NCBI GenBank assembly: GCA_043228905.1
Contig: JBHGNT010000003.1
Coordinates: 23,684,001 to 23,748,000, forward strand
Length of the DNA stretch: 64,000 nt
Direction: 5' to 3'
DNA from: Azolla caroliniana
Taxonomy: Eukaryota; Plantae; Polypodiophyta
Positions 52,309 through 64,000 of the stretch are shown in pieces (the first letter of the stretch is position 1; each line of letters starts with the position of its first letter). A program made the position numbers and the translations under genes. The notes beneath the pieces are model-generated. The model worked only from the letters and a program-made list of their open reading frames with translations, made no database searches and was not told where the DNA came from.

Positions 52309-52811
52309 TGTTATCATTCCAAAAAACATTTATCTTTTTATGTAATATCTTATCATGTTTCACAAATTAACAATTTTCAGAAAATGTGTTGTGAATTTCT
52401 GTTATTTTATAGTGTTATAGTCTTTGATTTGGTACAATTTATTGTTTCGTGTTGGTTGGATTATGTCAAAACCAATTTGGTTTGGTTTGGTTTTGATGTT
52501 TGATACACTGGTTTGGTTTTGATTTTTGGTAAACCGGTTCGGTTTGGTTCTACATTTTACATAAACGGTTTGGTTTTAAATGGTTTGGTTTCTCATACCT
52601 ATTAAACGGTTTGGTTTAAATGGTTTGGCTTAAATAGTTTGGTTTAAATGGCTTCAAATTTTTTAAATGGTTTGGTTTGGTTTTTTTTATGAATAACCGG
52701 TTTGGTTTGGTTTGGTTTGGTTTCAAGGTCAAGAAACCGAACCGAACCGAAACCGAACCGCGCCCATTGCTATGTATGGTATACACATTATACATAGGTT
52801 AAGAAAGGTGA

Positions 52812-54662
<1,851 letters not shown>

Positions 54663-55395
54663 GGTGTAGATCTCCTATCAGTGTCCCTGGTTCCAACATT
54701 AGCTAAAAAGAATTACTTTCTATTTTAACTAATGGTTTTATCTTAGTTTGTGTGTTCTCAAAGTATTAAAAAACTGCTTGCACTTATGTATCTTCATTTT
54801 TATTTGGAATTACAAGCTTTCCTTTTTCTCCTAAGTAGCTCTGTATAGAGGTATGATTAGTGGTGCAATGTCTTTTCTGTATGTGATGCCAGTAGACACC
54901 GTGGTATATGTTCATCTTGATCCTTGTAATAGTTCTAGTTGTACCTCCACACTGGCATCACTGATATTTTCTTTTTTCAGGCAATCATTTTCTCAACTAT
55001 CTTTTTCAACCAGCCAAAGGAAGCATTTGAAGAGATAAATGATCTAGGTCTTTTGAAGGGGTACTTAGTACCCCTAGAGATCATGGAACTTCAGCTGCTG
55101 TTCTCATTCTATAAAATGGCAATCTTGCAGCTGTACTTTTATCATACTTACATATTTTACACATTGCACTGCACCTAGATATTGATACTGATTAATTCAG
55201 ACAAATGTGGTTTTCTGCCTAGATGGGTTTGTGGTTGTATATTACTCTGAATGGTCTTCAGTGTGGTGTTCTGGACAGAATTTGTATTTGTTGGGGGGGA
55301 TAAATGGGTCCTCATTCAGAAGAATATAACTTTTCTAATTCTTATAAAGTCTGTGTTTTATAACCATTTATATTAAATTCATGGTCATTTTGAGA

Positions 55396-55651
55396 ACCAT
55401 CTAGGTGCAATTCTACTTGAAAAGACCAGTTGTATGTCTTGTGTCAAGATGGCGGATATACCATCTAGGTGCGATTTTACTTGAAAAGACCAGTTGTATT
55501 TCTTGTGTCAAGATGGCGGATATACCATCTAGGTGCGATTTTACTTGAAAAGACCAGTTGTATGTCTTGTGTCAAGATGGCGGATATACCATCTAGGTGC
55601 GATTTTACTTGAGAAGACCAGTTGTATGTCTTGTGTCATGGTGGCAGATAT
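55396..55651. repeat. 64-bp tandem repeat, four copies
   Basis: ACCATCTAGGTGCGATTTTACTTGAAAAGACCAGTTGTATGTCTTGTGTCAAGATGGCGGATAT starts at 55396, 55460, 55524 and 55588. Confidence 0.95.
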
Positions 55652-56782
55652 AAGTTTGTGCAAAGCATTTAATGCATTTGTCTTGGATTTGTGTGCAGTA
55701 ACTCTTGAGTGGCATCTTGTGATTTGTGATTGACATCCACAATCTTTCTTATCAAATGATGGGCATATGTTGATCTTGTGTTCCCCAGAAGACAACGTAA
55801 ATTTCATAATTACCCTTTCATAATTCTATATCTTGATACTCTCAAAGTTTGCTTTTTGTTTATAGTTTGATTCCAGTTCTACTGTGCCTTAAAAAACTGT
55901 CACAACATTTTGAGTTTGAGGTGAATTGCACAAACGAATTTTGTGAGATCTTTAAAAGAAAACTTTACACAGGATGATTATGCAAAGTATCTAAATAACA
56001 CGCACGAACTTCTAATGATGGGTTTAACATGGACCCATTTTCCCTAAGGTTTCCATTGAGGAACTTCCACAAGCCCAAATTACACTCCATTGCTCAATAC
56101 TTGTCTCTGTGAATCAGGCAGAGATTGCAGTATTGGTTTTTTTCTATTTCCAAGGCTCATGTCAAACGTTTTGATACAGCAGATTCAGTATGTTGTAGCC
56201 ATTGAATATTACCCAACTCTGATTACAAGAGATGATTCAACTATTTGGCAGTAAAGGTGCAATTGCAGAGAACATTTGAAAATTCTTACAGGCTGTATGA
56301 TATTGGAAGGTTGTAAGCATAGACCTCAGCGGTTAGATCTGCATGGCTACAAAGTATGCTGAAATCAGCTTGTAAAGAACATATTTACATAATACAACAT
56401 TCAAGACATGGTTCACAACATTGAGACACCTTCAATTAATGGGAAAACTGTCTTCCACGTAGAGGAATTCCCTATCTTTTATATTCTTTTAGCTAAATAC
56501 AATCCTTTTAGAGTAATGTATAGTTTCAACCTCTGGCACAGATAGATTTTAGCTGTGCTGGCTCTGATAATACAATAAGAATTTGGTTCCTGTGAGGATA
56601 TCAAGTAACCATTTGAGGACAAGGCTTGTTAGGTGAAACTTTAATCTTTAATGTTACATCTTAAGTATAATCAACTTGTACAGGGCCTTCTGTATGTTTT
56701 GGATTGTAGAATTACATAATTGTACAATTGGATTGCGGTATTGGATACATTTCTATCCATGAAAAAAAATCATGTTCCATGA

Positions 56783-59700
56783 CTACAAGTCACAAGATAT
56801 TTCATCATACACCTCCCTGGCAAATGCTTGCAATCCTTGTGCCATTGGATGCTCGACACCGCAATAAATCTCTGCATTGGAAGCTAATAGTTGAACATCA
56901 AAATAGAAACCTTGTGGCGAGTGATAGTAATCCTTCTCCAAGCGTTGCTTTATAACATCCAGTGTCAACGGAAGAGGTAATCTGCCAAAATAAACATATC
57001 CGGGATTTTACCGAAAGCAAAGCGTCATTTTTACATTACAATCTCTATGCCAAAAATGCAAGATTCTCAAAGCATTCAACAATTCACCTGCTTATAAAAT
57101 CTGATTTACAAGATGATTGTTTGAGCCTCCGTAAGCCATAACTATCCTGCATACAGTCCAGTCATATGTAACAAACAGTACATGTAGATACTCAATAATG
57201 TATTACCTTATGTGAGTGAAGAACATGAAACCCTTACCTCTGGCTGACTAGCTGCATATTCAAGCAATGACAGGAGCCTGTGTCCAGTATCTGGATCTAT
57301 ATGCTGTGGTTGCCATGTAGTCTCATTTAAATCGAAGAGTTCCCAAGGACTGTGGCTGTAAGGCTTGTTTGGATCTGATTTATACTGAACCATGAGCCTT
57401 TCCCAAGGGCTATCAGGGAATTCAGCAGATTTAGCCTTCACAGCTATTATACGCCCTTCCCACCATTCACCCCCTTGCCCATTTTGTGATCTCCACCAGA
57501 CTTTGCATCGGTCCCTGTTTGTCCACATCCTTTTCATAGATGCATCATACCTGCTTCTTTCTACAATGAAATCAGGGAAGTCTACCAATTCAGGAAAAAT
57601 TAACTGGAAAGTGTTCCCATGCAGCGGAGATGTGTCCTCCGAGAATTCTAGAGTGCATCTACAGCAAGTTTCACCAGATTCTGGGATTATAATATATTTC
57701 AGGTCCACTACTTGACAAAACTCCACAGCATGTAGACCATCCTCATAGATTGTCCATGGTCCTGGCTCGTCTATTCTATGCATGTTTAGATACTCTTCAT
57801 GTCCCTGTACCAGAATAGTGCATAGATATTTTAACCATTCATTTCTCTTTGTAATTACATGCTTTGTGAACGACCTAACATCAACATAAATTGCTTTTAC
57901 CTGCCTAAGGTAGACAACTTCATCACCATACTGGGGGATATAGCGAGTGCCTTCCTCCAATTCTGATAGTAGAAGCCAGGAGAGACTCTTTCTAGTTCGG
58001 ACACTCTTTTCCTTCAACATTGAGAAGCTTTCTACCTGTCTTTGTTGACCTCTGTCTGAGGTCCTTAATTTCTCCCTCATTTGCCGACAAGCTCTCACAC
58101 CTGGTTTTCCCACAAATGTAGTTGAACCACCTTGCTGGGATCTCCGCGAAATAATCTGATCATACATGTCTGTGTTTGTCAAATGTTCATCAACATCATG
58201 ATTCGGAGCCATCAATCTGTTGGGAGCAATGCCTGAACTTTCGACTTCATTATTATTTCTTGAATTTGTCGCACACACATACTGGTCATTTATTGCTGCC
58301 TTTTTCCATCTGCTTCCCTTCATTCTGGCCTCCTTCACACCCTCAGACATCACTGATCTCATCTTCCTTATTCTTGGAGGACCTGACCCAGTCTTTAGGT
58401 TTCCAGCTACATTCCGGGTTAAATCTATCTCGTTGAGTGTTCTCCTCTTATGCCTTGGACAGGATGCATCACCATACCCTCTGTTACCACTATCAGAATC
58501 ACTGCAACTTGCATTCTCCTGAACAGAGTCACTTTCACTATGCCTTTCATTTATATCATCTCCCACATAGCTTTGTACTGCACCAATTTTATTGTTTCGG
58601 ATATTAAATCCCTCCTCGGTGGTCAATATTTTGGACATAGTTGTTCTCCTTGAGGCTCTTACATGAGCAGCGTTTTTGAGTCTCTTCTCTGAATCAGTAG
58701 GCTTATAATCTCCTTGTTCACTTATCTGCTGTAGGTATTCATAATCATCATAATCTTCCACAGGCTCTGAGGTGTGATGTGCAAGAGTTTTTCTGCCTTT
58801 CTTAGGAAAAAAATATTTATCAATTACATCATTCACGTCTCTAGTCCTGTTTTGGAATTTCTCAATATCATCTCCATCAGCTTCTTCGTCTCTGCTGTTT
58901 CTTTGCTGATACTCTATATCTTTTTCACTGTTTTGTAGTGAGTTCATAGAAAGTTGATTAGCTCTTGTATCTATGCCAGATCTAGCAATTAAGTTTTTCG
59001 TAGATTGGAATCCTGCAGAAGACTTAGGAAGTGTTTTTTGTCTTTCAACCTTCGACTCCAAAAACGTTTTGCTTATGGAAACTTCCCTGATTGGAACACA
59101 TGAATTTGCCTGATTCATCATCCCACTGTCACTATCTTTATCACGACTGGGACTTTCTATTGGTATTCCAGGATATAGACTCCCAGATTCATTTTGAGTT
59201 TCAAAAGTACTAGCCGATCTGTCACCAGTGCAGCTCAAACCCGATGGGCTTGATCTACATGTAAACATTGTAGCACTCACATGTTTTAAATCTTGCAATG
59301 CAACTGGTCTTCTGTCATCTTTCTGGTTGCCTTGCCTTGCCTTTTCATAATATGCTGGCATTCCACTACAATCACCATTATCTGCTATGTCTAAAAAGTC
59401 TCCCATACTGTCAGGAACAGGTATTGCAGCTTGGGGAGGCTTTACTATAAGCCGTCTAAGTTTCCTCTTGATAGACTCTCCTGAATGAACCAGCTGATCT
59501 AATTTTGGAGTGACATTTCCACCCTCAGAGTCCGTGTCTTCCAAGTCATCTTTGCTGACAGTCCTTTTAACCTCAATTGCATTCTTCTTCAGCTTTAAAA
59601 CCAGTCTTCTTTGAGGTTTTGATCGCTTAGTAGAGCTACCTACTTCAGGCACATCTGATATGGTATCCTTTTTCGTTTTATTGTCTTTAGCAGTCAGTTC

Positions 59701-62700
59701 AAAATCTTCACTGTTCTCATCCTTCGACAAGCTTCCAACCTTGTAAGGTATCATGCCTTGTTTTTCATTGCTTCCACAGTTTTCGTCCCCACCATTCTCA
59801 GGCCTATGTTCAGTCTCCACATCCTCTATTTCAGTAGCTATTGTATCATTCATTTCCATCATATCTTTTCCAAAGCTCTGAGATAACTCCTCCCTTTCAA
59901 GCACAACCTCTTTCTCTTGAGCACGAGGGCCGCCATCATTCTCACAGGGCAGATCTGAAAGCAGCCCATCAGATTCATTTTCTTGTCCAGAACTATAAGA
60001 GCTAGTTTCACAGTGCGTGGAAGATGCTTCGTCATCTCCTTCATTTGTATTTATATGAGAGAAGAGCTGTAAGGCATTCTTTGCGGCCAGCCTTTTTGGG
60101 CGTGCCAACTGTGATGGAGATTTCAATCTTGCTGTTGATGATTCCACATCACACTGTCTTTGCCTTAAGGATCTTTTGTCCACCCCAGCTTCACTCCTAT
60201 CAGAAACTGGTTCAACATCAGAAGGCAACTTCTGAACTTTTCTTCTGAAAGACGGGCTTGAGACTCCCTGTCAGAATATAAATAAAAACAAAAACTTTAA
60301 CCCTCATATTATAATCAACATCAGTTTTCCTAAACATTCCATATGATTGATTTCCTCAGCATTATGGTTTTTAAGGTTCTCCTGAAGTATTTGACTTCAA
60401 GAAACATACATTTCAATCACACATTATGATCAACGCTATTATAGCAAATTAATCTACAAAAGAGAATTTTGTGTTCAATGGTCAAATTTGCTATTCTTTG
60501 CATATAGTTGAACTGAGATATTTCAACTTTAACCTGTAAATTCATTTTACATATGTGATTTACATACCTCTGTTTTCCGTTTGTTACGTTTCGACCGCCT
60601 TAGTTGAGCATCCTGAGCAGTTTCTTCTGCATCATCATCATCTCCCTCATTATCACTATGTCCTAATACTTCCGTGGAGCTCGCAGTTTGCTCATCGTCA
60701 TCTAGTAGACTCAAGACCTCCTCACTGACACTATAATCTGATCCTGAATCATCACTAAGTTTGGTCACATCTTGCTCCCAATCCATTTCTTCATCGGCAT
60801 CTGTTGGTTGTTCAACCCATCTCGCACCATCTTCAGTATTGTCAACTGGAGAGCCATGCAAATTTGGATGAAAAGCAAGAGAGTGGTCGCCCAATGCAAC
60901 ATAATTCATATCATCTATGCCAACAGCAAGATTGATACGGAGAGGTTGCCAATCTATTCCCAATGCTCCAAGTCGTCGCTGTTGATACATGCTCTGATAA
61001 GGCTCTTCATATGGGATCATATCTGCATGAAGACCTCTCATCAAAAACTGTATTTACTTATCTGTACAACCAGAAACCAGAGTTCAATAGGTTTCGTACC
61101 AGCATCACAAAGAAGATCTTGGATATTCCTTTGATGTGGAGGAATTTGGGTTTCCTATGCATCGACAGAGCCTGATTATGACTAGGCCAAATACTAATAT
61201 CATATAAAAATTAGATGACCTCTTGACATAACTGCCAATTTACCTGATCTAGTAAATTTCCATGGACGTCTCTAACTAGAGGTCGGAAATCCCCCAGGAA
61301 AAACTACCATATAACAAATTTTCAGTCCACACTCCTTTACTGTCCTGCTTTAATAAGTTTACAAATCTGAAAACTGAAGATAGATGCAAGCATACCTGGT
61401 CATATTTAGCATCCTTCTGAGTTTGCCCTTGGCCTGTCGTCAGCAGGTAAACTTGGCCCACCTCATCTGATACTACCAGAGATGTCCCATCCCTGGAAGA
61501 CAATGCAATATGATCAGAGAATTAGGAAGAAATACTTCAAATTAGGAAGTAATATTTCACAAGAGTGAATAATTTGTTCAATTAGGGAGTTATATTTACA
61601 AGACTGGAATAACTCCCGAAACTCATCCTCACTATGATATAAACATCAAAATCTATGTTATGACTTGAGGTATAGACACATACGGAGAAAAGCTTCCATC
61701 AACAATTCGGAAATCGCCTGTTTCATATACACGAACCGGCCGACCTTCCCATATCTATCACTCAATTTAATATAAGAATCAAATAGTCAAAACAACAAGA
61801 TACACGGTGAACAGAACTATAAAAGCACTCACATCCCAAATGATGATACGACCATCATAACCAGCACTCATAGCAATCCTGGGATTAAATGGATGCACAT
61901 CCACCACATATGTCTAGAACAGAAACCCATAATTAGTGATTATATAAACTTGTACTAAAACCGAAATAAAGATGTCACATCTGTACAAACCGATTGAGTA
62001 TGCCCCGTGAGAGAATGTACAAGGCTTCCATCAACTGCATTCCAAACACATATCCTGCAATCTGCAGTATTGTCAAAACAGCAACTTGCAATTGGCCAAA
62101 AAGCTTCTCTCAGGGTGATGACTTAAAACCACACCAAGCATCCAAACAATCAGGAACAACTGAAACATTCACATCACTCTAACATCCAGCTGATAGTAGG
62201 AAATTGCACAGGGAAATATTTGAACATAATGCTTACCCATTATTGCTGCAAGAACAAAGCGGTTATCCAGGCTCCAAACTATCATGTTCACACCTCGTGG
62301 AGTAGGTAAAAACCGCTGCCGAGGCCCTCCACCTCTAGGAGGATGAAGTGGCATAGGTGGGGGTGGAACATGCAAATGATAGGATTTGATCCAGTGGCCA
62401 TATCGACAAACCTACAAAAAGTTTAAAACCTTGCATTGGTATGAGGCACTAAGAAATTGTGCAGCTATATATGGTGTTAATGGTATTTATTTAGCTATAC
62501 AACAATTACAATCAGTACTTACAACCTTTTTACGTGGTTTACATATCCAAATGATTGCACTACCATCCCGGGAGCAAGTCACAATACTATCACGTGTAAG
62601 GCTGGGCATCACAGCTTCTATGATATAAGAACGTGAGGCAAAAATAAGGAAAACAGCAAATAACAACCACTACACACCATGAGTTCTTGAATTTGGTTGT

Positions 62701-64000
62701 CCCCTCCTCTTTGGCATTGTCAAATACACTAGGTTTCACAGGTCCTGCACAACCACTACATTATACAGACACAGCTAATGTTCAGTAACAAAGCAATATT
62801 AGCTGGATTACAGATTACAATAGGAAATAGCCCATTTTAAAAGTCACCTAAACTGCACATAATTTACAGCATTTTCATGGCCCTTCAGAATGTCCAGTTC
62901 ATAGTTGGGTTTTCCAGTAATTTCATCATGCCACTTCCTAGCATCCCAAACCTGCAGATGGTATTCAAGATTGTGAACTGAATGCAGTCAACCATTCACA
63001 AATGATCAATCGATGGATTTGCTAGAGATGAACAAAAACTCCAAAAAATGGGACGTGGAATTACAGATTAGGCTTTGGACTGAAGCTACAACAGAATGAT
63101 GAAGTTGGTTGAAATAATGAATGACGTCACTTACAATTCCAGCTATGCTATTTTATAAAACAGCCAAGACCACTCATCCACATCTTGCACAGCGTTTTTC
63201 TGAACTACTGTGTGAAGCACCACCTATAGTATTCTAAGACTCTTATAGAGTACATAGTTTTCTCACAATACTATGAAAAGCATTAGAAATATTGTCTGCT
63301 TTCATCAAGAATTGACAATACAATCATTCCATTTGAATATAGCCTATTCAGTATTCTAAACATTTGACAATACAATCATTCCATGAAGTGGGTTGGCTTA
63401 CATTACTCCACCCATCGTTCATGTTTAGGTCATGCTCTAGATATACCCATACATATGTGATGACATACATATGCTTCATCACAGTTTCTCTGGCTATTCC
63501 TGCCACACCCACTGTGATATCGATGTGTTCTTTGTATCCATACAATCATTTCATTTGAATCTAAGACTATTCATTATTCTAAACCTTTGGCATGAAGTAG
63601 GGCTAAGGTAAGTGGTATAAAATTGTCTTACATTAATCCACCAATCGTTCATGTTTAGGTCATGCTCTAGTTATACCCATGCATATGCTTCATTGCAGTT
63701 TCTTCGGCTATTACACAAACAACATCTAAGTAACATGTACTATATATTATGGTTAACAAAGACTTCGTAATTCTAGGATGCCCTCTATAAATTATAGTGG
63801 AACCAACGTGGTTGATGACTATAATCTACAAAAATAACAAGCATAATAGAATTGATCGCGTTCACAATAAATTGACGATCAATATGATGTAAACGGAAAG
63901 GGAACCATCTAGGTAGGTACTGCACAACATATAAACATATTACCCGTGCAAATTTGTCACAACTGCCAGTCACAAAGATACTCCCATCGACATTAAAAGC
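56783..64000 (-). CDS. WD40-repeat and bromodomain protein (BRWD1/BRWD3/PHIP-like); 3' part of the gene, 5' end beyond the window
   Basis: GT-AG exons in transcript order: 64000-63944, 62951-62848, 62755-62678, 62601-62523 (or 62526), 62411-62237, 62061-61991, 61913-61833, 61754-61684, 61492-61396, 61303-61244, 61154-61100, 61022-60568, 60267-57901, 57804-57238, 57146-57088, 56981-56783. Motifs include WD40 repeats (GHENAVNYVQF, VNMIVWSLDNRF, VDVHPFNPRIAMSAGYDG), FFLGDFRPL, RYIPQYGDEVVYLRQGH, WWEGRI..FPDSPWE and a C-terminal bromodomain (PLPLTLDVIKQRLEKDYY). Confidence 0.93.
63319..63712. repeat. Diverged ~200-bp tandem duplication in a BRWD intron
   Basis: TACAATCATT..ATTTGAAT...ATCGTTCATGTTTAGGTCATGCTCTAG occurs at ~63319-63498 and ~63541-63712. 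Confidence 0.75.

Larger units (their letters stand above)
47861..52772 (+). mobile_element. hAT-superfamily DNA transposon, 4912 bp, apparently complete and autonomous
   Basis: Perfect 11-bp TIRs TAGCAATGGGC / GCCCATTGCTA, a perfect 8-bp TSD TGTATGGT (47853-47860 and 52773-52780), dense subterminal AACCG/CGGTT repeats at both ends and an internal transposase. Confidence 0.97.

Noticed and set aside
57208-60228. Stand-alone 1006-aa protein
   Set aside because: It is two internal exons of the BRWD-like gene joined by an open intron, with a non-ATG start and run-on into the next intron.
63340-63490. Intronic C/D-box snoRNA (GTGATGA...CTGA on the gene strand)
   Set aside because: The C box is lost in the duplicate copy, and no terminal stem or recognisable rRNA guide was seen.

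Overview
Eukaryotic land-plant nuclear DNA, probably from a fern or other non-flowering plant. That assignment is an inference from miR529, the chromovirus/L1/RTE-X-like TE mix and the abundant (CT)n/(CA)n tracts. 1-20 kb is a nest of decayed retroelements: a Ty3/gypsy chromovirus with its 3' LTR, an L1 LINE, and an RTE-X-like LINE bounded by (CT)n and interrupted by a solo LTR. A MIR529 hairpin lies at 20.5-20.7 kb, followed by an orphan CT-rich first-exon-like region. 29.5-37.2 kb is a mosaic tandem array of ~1-2.3 kb units. Next come a copia fragment with its LTR, two L1 fragments, and a 7-unit array of 72-nt tRNA-shaped A/B-box elements separated by (CA)n. An apparently intact autonomous hAT transposon (TIRs, 8-bp TSD, 676-aa spliced transposase) sits in the inferred 5'-UTR intron of NKAP/MAS2. 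The window ends with the 3' part of a convergent multi-exon WD40/bromodomain (BRWD/PHIP-like) gene. The most notable locus is 46.6-54.7 kb: the tRNA-like array abuts the NKAP first exon, and that exon's uORF would splice in frame onto the intronic hAT transposase. No CRISPR, rRNA or intact tRNA was found.
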